NCBI GenBank assembly: GCA_963667785.2
Contig: CAXXMU010000005.1
Coordinates: forward strand, 224,001 to 288,000
Reading direction: 5' to 3'
Origin: Alphaproteobacteria bacterium
GTDB taxonomy: Bacteria; Pseudomonadota; Alphaproteobacteria; UBA828
DNA length: 64,000 nt
Shown in pieces: positions 18,863 through 32,492 of this stretch. A program made the translations under genes and the position numbers. The notes below the pieces were generated by a model. It did no database searches. It was not told the DNA's origin and saw nothing but the letters and a program-made list of their open reading frames with translations. How positions within the stretch are numbered: the first letter of the stretch is position 1; each line of letters starts with the position of its first letter.

Positions 18863-19687
18863 ATGCCGGAATTGCCCGAGGTCGAAACCGTGCGCCGCGG
18901 GCTCGCCGCCCGGCTCACGGGCAGGCGCATCGCCGGCGTGACGGTCCGCCGCGCCGATCTCAGGCGTCCGCTGCCGCCCGATCTGGCAGACGCGCTCTCG
19001 GGCCGGGCGATCCGGGGCTTCGGGCGGCGCGGCAAGTACCTGCTGGTGCATCTCGACGCGGACGCCACGCTCCTCGTCCATCTCGGCATGTCGGGCCGGC
19101 TCGCGATCGCGGACGCGCCGAGCGGGAGCGCGCACGAGCACGTGGTCTTTCGCTTCGACGACGGCACGGTGTTGAGCTACGTCGACCACCGCCGCTTCGG
19201 CCTGATGGATCTAGTCCGCACCGCGCACATCGAGGAGCATGCGCTGCTGCGCCACATGGGGCCGGAGCCGCTCGCGGCCGCCTTCGACGGGCCGGCGCTC
19301 GCCCGGCGGCTCGCCGGCAAAGACACGCCGATCAAGGCGGCGCTCCTCGACCAGCGTGTGGTCGCCGGCCTCGGCAACATCTACGTGTGCGAGGCGCTCT
19401 TCCACGCGGGCCTCAGCCCCAGGCGCCGGGCCGGCTCGGTGCAGCGCGTGCGTGCGGCCCGCCTCGCCCGGGCGATCCAAGAGGTGCTCGAGGCGGCCGT
19501 CGCCGCCGGCGGCTCGTCGCTCCGGGACTACGTGCAGGCGTCGGGCGAGCTCGGCTACTTTCAGCACCGCTTCGCGGTCTACGACCGGGCGGGACTGCCG
19601 TGCCCCGGCTGCGACTGCGCCGTCGGCGTGCGGCGCATCGTGCAGGGCGGCCGCTCGACATTCTATTGCGCAAGGCGGCAGCGGTGA
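18863..19687 (+). CDS. mutM: Formamidopyrimidine-DNA glycosylase
   Basis: [21 protein letters not shown] and C-terminal zinc finger. Confidence 0.97.
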   Translation: MPELPEVETVRRGLAARLTGRRIAGVTVRRADLRRPLPPDLADALSGRAIRGFGRRGKYLLVHLDADATLLVHLGMSGRLAIADAPSGSAHEHVVFRFDDGTVLSYVDHRRFGLMDLVRTAHIEEHALLRHMGPEPLAAAFDGPALARRLAGKDTPIKAALLDQRVVAGLGNIYVCEALFHAGLSPRRRAGSVQRVRAARLARAIQEVLEAAVAAGGSSLRDYVQASGELGYFQHRFAVYDRAGLPCPGCDCAVGVRRIVQGGRSTFYCARRQR

Positions 19688-19779
19688 GTTATCAGGCGTG
19701 CCGGACGCCCGTTGCGGCGCCCGGCCGGTAGCGCCTGCCCGTCGAGAATGCAGGCCCCGGCCGTTTGAGGGAGAACGCA

Positions 19780-20553
19780 ATGGCCTATGAAACAATTGCC
19801 GTCGACCGGCGCGGCCGGGTCGGCCTGATCACGCTGAACCGGCCCAAGGCGCTGAACGCGCTGAACGGCGCGCTGATCACCGAGCTCAACGACGTCCTCG
19901 ACAGCTTCGAGACCGAGGAGGGGATCGGCGCCATCGTCATCACCGGGAACGAGAAGGCCTTCGCCGCCGGTGCCGACATCACCGAGATGCGCCGGCTGAG
20001 CTACGTCGATGCCCACGGCAGCGACTTCATCGCCAGGTGGCACCGCATCACCGCCTTCCGCAAGCCGATCGTCGCTGCGGTGGCGGGCTATGCGCTGGGC
20101 GGCGGCTGCGAGCTCGCCATGATGTGCGACATCGTCATCGCCGCCGACAATGCGAAGTTCGGCCAGCCCGAGATCAAGCTCGGCACGATCCCCGGCGCCG
20201 GCGGCACCCAGCGGCTCACCCGCGCCGTCGGCAAGTCAAAGGCGATGGAGATGATCCTGACCGGGCGCATGATGGGTGCCGAGGAGGCCGCGCAGAGCGG
20301 GCTCGCCAGCCGCGTCGTGCCGGTCAGCGACGTGGTGGACGAGGCGGTCGCCGTCGCCGAGCAGATCGCGCATTTCTCGGCGCCCACCGTTGCGCTGGCC
20401 AAGGAGAGCGTCAACCGCGCCTTCGAGACCACGCTCACGGAGGGTGTGCTGTTCGAGCGCGCGGTCTTCTACGCCTCCTTCGCGACCGAGGATCAGAAGG
20501 AGGGGATGGACGCCTTCATCGAGAAGCGCGAGCCGTCGTTCACCAACCGCTAG
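19780..20553 (+). CDS. Enoyl-CoA hydratase
   Basis: [44 protein letters not shown]. Confidence 0.95.
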   Translation: MAYETIAVDRRGRVGLITLNRPKALNALNGALITELNDVLDSFETEEGIGAIVITGNEKAFAAGADITEMRRLSYVDAHGSDFIARWHRITAFRKPIVAAVAGYALGGGCELAMMCDIVIAADNAKFGQPEIKLGTIPGAGGTQRLTRAVGKSKAMEMILTGRMMGAEEAAQSGLASRVVPVSDVVDEAVAVAEQIAHFSAPTVALAKESVNRAFETTLTEGVLFERAVFYASFATEDQKEGMDAFIEKREPSFTNR

Positions 20554-20597
20554 CGGGCGCGGGGGCGCCCCGCGGCCTGTCATCGCCGCCGGCGCCG

Positions 20598-20625
20598 TTG
20601 ACGCCCGATCAAGGCGTGGTATAAG
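20598..20625 (+). promoter_or_regulatory. Sigma70-type promoter of rpsT
   Basis: TTGACG-16 bp-TATAAG with extended -10 TG, 30 bp upstream of the rpsT ATG. Confidence 0.65.
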
Positions 20626-20655
20626 GCCGCGCCACCACGGGAGAGGCCTCCGCCC

Positions 20656-20925
20656 ATGGCCCATTCACGCCAAGCCCGCAAGCGGGTCCGGCAGAACAAG
20701 CGCCGCGTCGCGGTCAACCGCGACCGGCTCTCGCGCATCCGCAGCTTCATCCGCCGGGTGGAGGAGGCAATCGCCAGCGGCGACAAGGGCCGGGCCGAGC
20801 AGGCGCTGCGCGAGGCGCAGCCCGAGATCATGCGGGGCGTCACCAAGACGGTGCTGCACCGCCGCACCGCCGCGCGCCGGGTCTCCGGTCTCGCGCGCCG
20901 GGTGGGCGCGCTCCCCGACGCCTAG
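20656..20925 (+). CDS. rpsT: 30S ribosomal protein S20
   Basis: [13 protein letters not shown]...[14 protein letters not shown]...[13 protein letters not shown]; upstream of dnaA. Confidence 0.95.
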   Translation: MAHSRQARKRVRQNKRRVAVNRDRLSRIRSFIRRVEEAIASGDKGRAEQALREAQPEIMRGVTKTVLHRRTAARRVSGLARRVGALPDA

Positions 20926-21577
20926 GGCGCTTCCGTCCCCATAGGGTGGCGCTCCGCCACTCTGTCGCTCTCGGCAACCGGCCGCACAGTGCTTCCGCGC
21001 GCCGTTCGGCGTCCTCTTGCTCTGCGCGCCGTTCGGCGCGACGCGCGGGCGCGGGATGGTGTCCTGCACCGGTCACGATGGGGTGCGTTTCGGCTCGCCG
21101 GGCGGGGGCGTCGCTGCGGCGCAGCCTGTCAATTCGGCTATCCCGGCCGCCGCCATCGGCATGGAGCGGCGGCGTGCTTCCGTTCCCGGCACAGCGCCAA
21201 CGATTTAAGGCATGCCGTTCAACCGGGCAGCCAAGAGCGAGCCTTGGAAACGACGCTCAGATTTTTCGCCGGTTCCGCTTTCGGACCTGTTGTCAGCCGC
21301 GTCTTCGCCCTTTAGCCTAGCCGTCACATATCGCCGGAGGTGTCGCCGGCGGTTTGAAAAGCAAGATATCACTGACGTTCGATACGGCGCGACAAGTACG
21401 GCTTGTCCGCAACAGGGGAGAGTTGCGCCGTCTGTTGAAGTCGCGTCGGTGCATAAGAACAAAAACGGGGATTAGGGGGGTGATATTAGCAACATTTACG
21501 CCGTTGCGGCGCGCGCCGCGCCGTGATGGGAAGCGGCCCGTGAGCGCCCGCTCCGGTGCCGAACAGCATTTCCGCCG

Positions 21578-23017
21578 GTGGCGCATCCGTCCGGCCGGCC
21601 GCCGCCCGTGACCGAGAGGCCAGCGGTGCGGGAGATGCGCGACGCCTGGGCGCGGGTTCGTGAGCGGCTCCGGGCCGAGGTCGGCGAGGCCACCTTCGCG
21701 AGCTGGCTCGCGCCGCTGATTCTGGTCGATGTCGACGACGACCAGGTCACTCTCGGCGTCGCGACACGCTTCCTCCGCGACTGGATCACCTCGCGCTATG
21801 CCCACCGCATCGCCGCGCTCTGGGCGCTGGAGCGGGAGGGCATCCGCAGCGCGAGCATCGTGATCCGTGCGCCCCGGCCCGAGGACGGCGAGAGCGCGGC
21901 GGCAACCGCCGACGCCGCGACGGCGGCGCCGCCGGGCGATGGCAGACCCGCGGCACGGGCGCGGGAGCCGGCATCGGCCGAGCTCGGCTCGCCGCTCAAC
22001 GGGCGCTTCACCTTCCGCGACTTCGTGGTGGGCGAGAGCAACGAGTTCGCACACGCCCTGGCGCAGCAGGTCGCGGGCGCCGACCGGCTGCCCTTCAACC
22101 CGCTCTATCTCTACGGTGGCGTCGGCCTCGGCAAGACCCATCTGCTGCACGCGATCGCCTGGTGCATCCGTGGCCGCGAGCCGGCGCGTCGTGTCCTCTA
22201 CCTCTCTGCCGAGAAGTTCATGCTCCACTTCGTCCAGGCGGTCCGGCACAAGGACACGGTGGCGTTCAAGGAGCGGATTCGCTCGGTCGACGTGCTGTTG
22301 ATCGACGACATCCAGTTCATCTGCGACAAGGGGCGCACGCAGGAGGAGTTTCTCCACACCCTCGACGCCCTGATCGACCACCGCTGCCAGGTGGTGGTCT
22401 CCAGCGACCGCTCGCCGGCTCATCTCGAGGGGATGGACGAGCGGCTGAGATCCCGGCTCGCCGGCGGACTCGCCGCCGATGTCCGGCCTACCTCCTACGA
22501 TCTTCGCCTCGGGATCCTGCGGGCCAAGGCGGGGCTTCTCGGGATCGCCGACGCCCCGCTCGAGGTGCTGGAGTTCCTGGCCCGGAAGATCACCTCCAAC
22601 GTGCGCGAGCTGGAGATGGCGCTCAACCGCGTCGCCGCCCACGCCGCGCTCCTCGGCGATGCCATCACACTGCCGACGACCCAGGCGGTGCTGCGCGACG
22701 TGCTCGGCGCCAAGGAGAGGCCGATCACGATCGAGGACATCCAGCGCCGCGTCGCTCAGCACTACGACATCAAGGTGGCCGAGATGTCGTCCAGTCGCCG
22801 GGCGCAGGCGGTGGTGCGGCCCCGCCACGTGGCCATGTACCTCGCCAAGCAGCTCACCACGCGCTCGCTGCCCGAGATCGGCCGCCGCTTCGGCAAGCGC
22901 GACCACACCACGGTCATGTACGCCATCGGCCGTATCGAGAAGCTGCGGTCCGAGGACCCGGGACTCGACAAGGACCTGGAGGATCTCAGGCGGAGCCTCG
23001 AGGACCCCGGCCGCTGA
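21578..23017 (+). CDS. dnaA: Chromosomal replication initiator DnaA
   Basis: [49 protein letters not shown]. Start uncertain (21578, 21608 or 21635). Confidence 0.97.
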   Translation: MAHPSGRPPPVTERPAVREMRDAWARVRERLRAEVGEATFASWLAPLILVDVDDDQVTLGVATRFLRDWITSRYAHRIAALWALEREGIRSASIVIRAPRPEDGESAAATADAATAAPPGDGRPAARAREPASAELGSPLNGRFTFRDFVVGESNEFAHALAQQVAGADRLPFNPLYLYGGVGLGKTHLLHAIAWCIRGREPARRVLYLSAEKFMLHFVQAVRHKDTVAFKERIRSVDVLLIDDIQFICDKGRTQEEFLHTLDALIDHRCQVVVSSDRSPAHLEGMDERLRSRLAGGLAADVRPTSYDLRLGILRAKAGLLGIADAPLEVLEFLARKITSNVRELEMALNRVAAHAALLGDAITLPTTQAVLRDVLGAKERPITIEDIQRRVAQHYDIKVAEMSSSRRAQAVVRPRHVAMYLAKQLTTRSLPEIGRRFGKRDHTTVMYAIGRIEKLRSEDPGLDKDLEDLRRSLEDPGR

Positions 23018-23133
23018 GCGCACGCCCGGCGTCGGTCGGCACGCGCCGACGCATCCCCTTCGCGCGCGCCCGAGCGGCGCCCCTTCTTGCGCCGGGAGCG
23101 GCGATAGTAATGCGAAATCCGCCGCTTCTCCGC

Positions 23134-23169
23134 TATAATCGGGTGTGATTCGACGACGAATCAGGAATC
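23134..23169 (+). promoter_or_regulatory. dnaN promoter region: perfect -10 plus three GANTC sites
   Basis: TATAAT at 23134; GATTC 23147, GAATC 23158, GAATC 23165. Confidence 0.55.
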
Positions 23170-23178
23170 CACGCGACA

Positions 23179-24303
23179 ATGAAACTCACCATTGAGCGCT
23201 CCACGCTCCTGAGCTCCCTGGCGCATGTGCAAAGCGTCGTCGAGCGCCGCAACACGATCCCCATTCTGGCCAATGTGCGCATCGATGCGCAGGGCAGCGA
23301 CCGCCTGCGGCTGACGGCGACCGACATGGACCTCGCCGTCGTCGACGAGGCCGCGGCCGTGGTCGAGCAGGAAGGCGCCGTGACCACGACCGCGCTCACG
23401 CTCTACGACATCGTCCGCAAGCTGCCGGACGGCGCCCAGGTCGCGATGCGCCTCGACGGCGGCGAGGGCGGGCAGCTCGATCTCGTGTCGGGGCGCTCCC
23501 GCTTTCGCCTCTCGTGCCTGCCGATCGCCGAATTCCCGGTCATGGGCGACGACGAGCTGCCGCATTCCTTCGAGCTGCCGCGGGATCATCTGCGGCGTCT
23601 GATCGACAAGACCCGCTTCGCCATCTCGACGGAGGAGACGCGCTACTATCTCAACGGCATCCACCTGCACAAGGCGGACCAGGAGGGGACCGAACGGCTG
23701 CGGGCCGTCGCCACCGACGGCCACCGGCTCTCCTGTGCCGACGTGGCGCTCCCGGATGGCGCGGCCGATCTGCCGGGCGTGATCGTCCCGCGCAAGACCG
23801 TCATGGAGGTGCGCAAGCTGATAGACGACGGCGATGCGCCGGTTTCCATCGCGCTGTCGGAGACCAGGATCCGCTTCGAGGTCGACGACGCCCAGCTCAC
23901 CTCGAAGCTGATCGACGGCTCCTTCCCGGACTACGAGCGGGTCATCCCGCGCGGCAACAACAACATCCTGACCGTGGCCAGCGACGCTTTCGCCGAGGCC
24001 GTGGACCGGGTTTCCTCGATCTCCACGGACCGCTCGCATGCGATCAAGCTCTCTCTCAGCGAGGGTCAGGTGACGCTCACCGCCAACAGCCCCGACACGG
24101 GCACCGCGACCGAGGAGCTGGATGCCGACTACGGCGCAGGCCCTCTCGAGATCGGCCTCAACGCGCGCTACGTGCTGGATGTCGCTGGGCAGATCGAGAG
24201 TGAGTCCATCCGCTTCTTCTTCGCCGACGCCGGCTCGCCGTCGCTCGTGCGCGATACCGGCGATTCGGACGCGCTCCACGTCATCATGCCGCTCCGCGTC
24301 TAG
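23179..24303 (+). CDS. dnaN: DNA polymerase III beta clamp
   Basis: VERRNTIPILANV, ATDMD, STEETRYYLNG, ATDGHRL, SKLIDGSFPDYERVIP, VIMPLRV. Confidence 0.98.
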   Translation: MKLTIERSTLLSSLAHVQSVVERRNTIPILANVRIDAQGSDRLRLTATDMDLAVVDEAAAVVEQEGAVTTTALTLYDIVRKLPDGAQVAMRLDGGEGGQLDLVSGRSRFRLSCLPIAEFPVMGDDELPHSFELPRDHLRRLIDKTRFAISTEETRYYLNGIHLHKADQEGTERLRAVATDGHRLSCADVALPDGAADLPGVIVPRKTVMEVRKLIDDGDAPVSIALSETRIRFEVDDAQLTSKLIDGSFPDYERVIPRGNNNILTVASDAFAEAVDRVSSISTDRSHAIKLSLSEGQVTLTANSPDTGTATEELDADYGAGPLEIGLNARYVLDVAGQIESESIRFFFADAGSPSLVRDTGDSDALHVIMPLRV

Positions 24304-27970
<3,667 letters not shown>

Positions 27971-27973
<3 letters not shown>

Positions 27974-28239
27974 CCCGGATTTCTCACCAATGTCACGGCC
28001 TGCGTCACGTCCAGGCGTTCGGTCCACAAGGAGCGAGCCGAAAAGCGTAGCGGGGACTACGGTTGAGGCTCGCGACGCGGTGGGCGGGCGCCTGGGCGCG
28101 ACCCGAAGGGCGGCGCCCTCCGCCAGACAGGGTGCGTCAAGACGCTTGCCCGATGCACCACATCGCGCTGCGCGCCTTTCCTACCCTGTCGGGCGGGGGA
28201 CGCCGCGCAGACCATGACCTTGGTGAGAATTCCGGGCTA
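27971..28239. mobile_element. MITE-like structured repeat, family A, copy 2
   Basis: 25-bp TIR TAGCCCGGA(T/A)TTCTCACCAA(T/G)GTCA (2 mismatches), TA ends. Its first three bases are the gyrB stop codon. Homologous to 7658-7928 in inverted orientation. Confidence 0.88.
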
Positions 28240-28254
28240 GCCCCGCGGCGGTCG

Positions 28255-30132
28255 ATGGCAGCGCGCCGCACGCCCCCGCCGAAGCGGCCCCGCGCGAAGG
28301 CGAAGACCCCCTCCCGCGGCGCGGCGGCGCAATCGGGCGGCGACGGCCGGCGCCCGCCGGCGCGGCGGGGGCGCCTTTCCTGGCGCCTCGCCAAGTGGTC
28401 GCTGGTCCTCGTTCTCTGGCTTGCGGTCCTCGGCGCGGGCTTCGTCGGCTACTACGCGCACGACCTCCCCGATACCGATCACCTGGCCGGGCCCGAGACG
28501 CCGCTCTCGGTCACGGTGCTGGCGGCGGACGGTTCCACCGTCGCCACCGTAGGCGAGATGTGGGGCGAGCTGGTGCCCGTCGCGGAGATGGCGCCGGTGC
28601 TGCCCCGGGCCGTGCTCGCGATCGAGGACCGGCGCTTCTTCGAGCATGGCGGGATCGACGCCTTCGGCGTCATCCGGGCGGCCTGGCAGAACGCGGTGGA
28701 GGGCCGCGTGGTCGCAGGCGGCAGCACGATCTCCCAGCAGGTGGCGAAGCTCGTGTTCCTGACACCCGAGCGCAGCGTCAGGCGCAAGATCCAGGAGGCG
28801 ATGCTCGCCTTCTGGCTGGAGCGCGAGTTCAGCAAGGAGGAGATTCTCACGATCTACCTCAACCGCGCCTATTTCGGCGCTGGGGCCTATGGCGTGGATG
28901 CCGCGGCGCGGCGCTATTTCGGCCGCTCGGCGCGCGATGTCGACACGGCGCAGGCCGCCATGATCGCCGGCCTCCTGAAGGCGCCGTCGCGCTACAGTCC
29001 CGCCAGCGACCTCGCCCTCGCGCGTCGTCGCGCCGCCGTCGTCGTCGATGCGATGGTCGACGCGGGCTTCCTCGCTGATGGCGACGGCGCGACCGCCAGG
29101 GCGGCGGTAAACGCGCTCTCCGTCGCTCCGCGTAGCGGGCCGGCTGCCGGCTACTTCGTCGACTGGGTGCTCGAGCAGGTGCCGGGCTACGTCGGGCGCG
29201 ATCGCGGGGCCCTGCACGTGGTGACGACCCTGGACCCTGCGCGCCAGCGGGCGGCGCAGGCGGCGCTCGGCGAGACGCTGGCCGCCGTCGGCACGGCGCG
29301 CAGGATCGGCCAGGGCGCCCTCGTCGCGCTCGGCCCAGACGGCGCGGTGCGCGCCATGGTCGGCGGGCGCGACCACGGCCGCAGCGTGTTCAACCGGGCG
29401 ACGCAGGCGCGGCGCCAGCCGGGCTCGGCCTTCAAGACGGTGGTCTATCTCGCCGCCATCGAGGCCGGGCTCGAGCCCGACGACACGATCGAGGATGCGC
29501 CGATCACCGTCGCCGGCTGGTCGCCCCGCAACTATGACGACGAATATCGCGGGCCCGTGACGGTCAGGCAGGGGTTCGCGCACTCGATCAACACCGTGGC
29601 GGTGCGCGCGGGCCTGCGGGCGGGCGTGAAGCGGATGCGCGATGCGGCCCGGCGGCTCGGTATCGCGAGCACGCTTCCGGCCGATGCGGGGCTTGCGCTC
29701 GGCACCGGCGAGGTGACGCTGCTGGAGCTCACCGGCGCCTATGCGACGCTCGCCAACGGCGGTGCGCGCGTGCTCCCCCACGGCATCGTCGAGGTGCGAA
29801 ACCGCGCGGGCGACGTGCTTTACCGGCGCGCCGGCTCCGGCGCCGGCCGGGCGGCCGAGGCCCCGGCGGTGGCGGCGATGCACGACCTGCTGGCCGCCGC
29901 CGTGGCCGACGGCACCGGCCGCGCCGCTCGACTCGCCGCGCCGCTCGGGCCCGCCTACGGCAAGACCGGCACCAGCCAGCGCTTCCGCGACGCCTGGTTC
30001 GTCGGCTGGGCGCAGGGGCTCACCGCCGGCGTCTGGCTCGGCAACGACGACGGCAGCGCGATGGATACGGTCACTGGCGGCGGCTATCCAGCTCGGATCT
30101 GGCGCCGCTTCATGGAGGATGCGCTGGGTTGA
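28255..30132 (+). CDS. PBP1A-family bifunctional transglycosylase/transpeptidase
   Basis: Basic N-terminus and TM helix; EDRRF, GGSTISQQ, RKIQE, YLNRAYFG; SAFK (SxxK), SIN, KTG. Confidence 0.93.
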   Translation: MAARRTPPPKRPRAKAKTPSRGAAAQSGGDGRRPPARRGRLSWRLAKWSLVLVLWLAVLGAGFVGYYAHDLPDTDHLAGPETPLSVTVLAADGSTVATVGEMWGELVPVAEMAPVLPRAVLAIEDRRFFEHGGIDAFGVIRAAWQNAVEGRVVAGGSTISQQVAKLVFLTPERSVRRKIQEAMLAFWLEREFSKEEILTIYLNRAYFGAGAYGVDAAARRYFGRSARDVDTAQAAMIAGLLKAPSRYSPASDLALARRRAAVVVDAMVDAGFLADGDGATARAAVNALSVAPRSGPAAGYFVDWVLEQVPGYVGRDRGALHVVTTLDPARQRAAQAALGETLAAVGTARRIGQGALVALGPDGAVRAMVGGRDHGRSVFNRATQARRQPGSAFKTVVYLAAIEAGLEPDDTIEDAPITVAGWSPRNYDDEYRGPVTVRQGFAHSINTVAVRAGLRAGVKRMRDAARRLGIASTLPADAGLALGTGEVTLLELTGAYATLANGGARVLPHGIVEVRNRAGDVLYRRAGSGAGRAAEAPAVAAMHDLLAAAVADGTGRAARLAAPLGPAYGKTGTSQRFRDAWFVGWAQGLTAGVWLGNDDGSAMDTVTGGGYPARIWRRFMEDALG

Positions 30133-30135
30133 CCC

Positions 30136-30341
30136 TAGAGCGTATCCGTCTTTGACGGATACGCGACAGGCCGCGACCGCGGCCCGCCGCTTATGCGGCG
30201 CCCTCGCGGAGGCGCCGGCCGTCGCGCCGGCAGGCGCGCGGTATCGAATGTCGGCCCGCAGGCGCGCGGAATCGCGGGACGGCCGGCTGCCGTGAGCGAA
30301 AAAGAGGCTGGAGCACTTCCGTGCAAAACGGACACGCTCTA
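30136..30341. mobile_element. MITE-like palindromic repeat, family B, copy 1
   Basis: Ends TAGAGCGTATCCGT / ACGGACACGCTCTA (inverted, 1 mismatch), with a series of internal hairpins. Near-identical to 35244-35421. Confidence 0.87.
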
Positions 30342-30374
30342 ACCGCCGCCTCCCGCCCGGCCGCGGGGGCCAGC

Positions 30375-31676
30375 CTATGCCCGGTCGATCAGGTGGATGA
30401 ACGAGCCCGAGACCGGGCCGGCGCTCATGCCGGCGGGGCCGAGCGGCTCTCCCGTCGCGTCGGAGGCAGCGAACAGCGGCCGGTCGAGGTTCTCCGAGAC
30501 CGCGCGGCAATAGTGGAACTCGTGGCCGCGGTAGGTCGCGCCGGCGCTGCCGAGTGGGCCGTCCGCCGCGAGCCGCGCCCGGCGGTAGCCGAGCGCGAGG
30601 CGCCGCTCGCGAAAGCTGGTCTCGAGCGGCAGCAGGCCCGTCATGGCGTGGCGCCGGCCGTCGGCATCGGTCAGGCCGCGGCCCAGCACCATGTAGCCTC
30701 CGCACTCGCCGAAGACCGCCGCACCCCGCGCGGCCGCGTCTCGCAGACCCTGGAGGAAGTGCCCGGCGCCTGCGATGCGGCCGGCGTGAAGCTCGGGATA
30801 GCCGCCGGGGAGGTAGACGGCGTCCGCCGCGGCGTCGGGCGCCTCGTCGGCGAGCGGCGAGAAGGGCACGACTGTCGCCCCTGCGGCGCGCCAGTCGCCG
30901 ATCAGCGCCTCGTAGCAGAAGCCGAAGGCACGGTCGTACGCCACGGCGATCCGCTGCCCGAGCGGCGGGATCGCCGCTCCCTGCGCCTCCGCCGGCGCCG
31001 ACCGGAGCGGGCGGGCGAGGGCCGCCAGCGCGTTGCAATCGACCGTCTCAGCGACGATCGTCGCCGCAGCGTCGAGCCAGAGCCCCTCGCGCTCGACGGC
31101 CTGCACCAGGCCGAGATGGCGCGACGGCAGGTCGAGCGCGTCGGACCGCGGCACGGCGCCGAGAACCGCGATCGCGTGGGCCGCGAGCGCGTCGCGCAGC
31201 AGCCGCTCGTGCACCTCCCCCGCCACCCGGTTGAGGATCACGCCTGCCACCGTCACGTCCGGGCGGTGATTCGCGAACCCCTCGGCGAGCGCGGCGACGG
31301 AGGCGCCCTGACCGCGCGCATCCACCACCAGCACCACCGGCAGCCCGAGCCGGGCGGCCAGATCGGCGGTGGACCCGGTGCCGTCGCGGGCGCCGTCGAA
31401 GAGGCCCATCGCGCCCTCGCCGATGACGAGCGCGCCGTCCGCATCGAGCGAGGCGGCCCTGCGCGCGAGCGTCGCGGGCCGCATGCCCCAGGGGTCGAGG
31501 TTGATGCAGTCGTGGCCGCTGGCCTGCCGGTGATAGCCGGGGTCGATATAGTCGGGCCCCGCCTTGAAGGCGCGCACGCGGCGGCCGCTCCTGCGGTAGT
31601 GGGCGAGCAGGCCGGCGCACAGCACGGTCTTGCCGCTGCCCGACGCCGGCGCGGCGAGGATCAGTCCGCCGGCCAC
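30375..31676 (-). CDS. cobB: Cobyrinate/hydrogenobyrinate a,c-diamide synthase
   Basis: APASGSGKT, FKAGPDYIDP, EGAMGLFDG, LPSRHLGL, YLPGGYPEL, GECGGYM, GHEFHY. Confidence 0.96.
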   Translation of the reverse strand: MAGGLILAAPASGSGKTVLCAGLLAHYRRSGRRVRAFKAGPDYIDPGYHRQASGHDCINLDPWGMRPATLARRAASLDADGALVIGEGAMGLFDGARDGTGSTADLAARLGLPVVLVVDARGQGASVAALAEGFANHRPDVTVAGVILNRVAGEVHERLLRDALAAHAIAVLGAVPRSDALDLPSRHLGLVQAVEREGLWLDAAATIVAETVDCNALAALARPLRSAPAEAQGAAIPPLGQRIAVAYDRAFGFCYEALIGDWRAAGATVVPFSPLADEAPDAAADAVYLPGGYPELHAGRIAGAGHFLQGLRDAAARGAAVFGECGGYMVLGRGLTDADGRRHAMTGLLPLETSFRERRLALGYRRARLAADGPLGSAGATYRGHEFHYCRAVSENLDRPLFAASDATGEPLGPAGMSAGPVSGSFIHLIDRA

Positions 31677-31682
31677 CGCGGC

Positions 31683-32384
31683 TCAGCCCCGAAGCTTCCG
31701 CTCGATCTCGAGAGCGATCTGCGTCGGCCCCAGTTGCGGCTCGTACTGCCGGATGAACGTGCCGTCCGGCCCCATCAGGTAGAAGAGCGACGCGTGGTCC
31801 ACGAGATAGTCCCTGTCCGTCGGCCCGTCCGCGTGGGAGCGGCGGTAGATGCCGAAGGCGGTGAGCGCCTGGCCCACCGCCTCCTCCGAGCCGGTGAGGC
31901 CGACCAGGCCAGGCGCGAGATTGGTGACGTAGTCGGCGAGCTTCTCCACCGTGTCGCGCGTCGGGTCGACGGTGATGAAGAGCGGCTGCACCGTGCTGCC
32001 CTGCGCGGCCAGGTCCTCCACCACCTGCGCCATGACCAGCATGGCGCTCGGGCAGACGTCGGGGCACCAGGTGAAGCCGAAATAGATCAGCGTGTGGGTG
32101 CCGTGGAAGTCGCTGTCGGTGCGCGGCGCGCCGGTATGGTCGATCAGCGAGAACGTGCCGGTGATCTCCTCGGCCGGCACCGCCATGCGGGAGACGTGGC
32201 TCTGCTCGAAGTTGCCGAACAGCGAGCCGTCATACTGCGTGTAGATCAGGATCGCGCCGATCACCACGATCCAGAGCAGCGGGTTGGTGCGGCGCGGTCC
32301 GGGCCGCTGGCCGCGGCCGCCGGGCTGCTGGCCGTCGCCGCCGGACGGCGGCCCCATGCCGAACCTGCCGAGTTCCTTCCACAT
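31683..32384 (-). CDS. SCO1/SenC family copper chaperone
   Basis: TM helix, YFGFTWCPDVCP (CxxxC), ITVDPTRD, YLVDHAS (His ligand). Confidence 0.93.
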   Translation of the reverse strand: MWKELGRFGMGPPSGGDGQQPGGRGQRPGPRRTNPLLWIVVIGAILIYTQYDGSLFGNFEQSHVSRMAVPAEEITGTFSLIDHTGAPRTDSDFHGTHTLIYFGFTWCPDVCPSAMLVMAQVVEDLAAQGSTVQPLFITVDPTRDTVEKLADYVTNLAPGLVGLTGSEEAVGQALTAFGIYRRSHADGPTDRDYLVDHASLFYLMGPDGTFIRQYEPQLGPTQIALEIERKLRG

Positions 32385-32492
32385 GAGCGGGCGATGCGTG
32401 GCCTGAGCGCCTTCAGGGCGCCAGACTATCGCCTGCGCGGCCTGCGCGGCAAGCGAGCCGGGCGCGAGTCGGGCGCACGAGGAGGGGGCGCC

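Noticed and set aside
20926-23178. oriC beside dnaA
   Set aside because: No TTATCCACA-type box cluster or unwinding element on either side; only a 2-mismatch TTGTCCGCA at about 21403. Alphaproteobacterial origins are often unlinked from dnaA.
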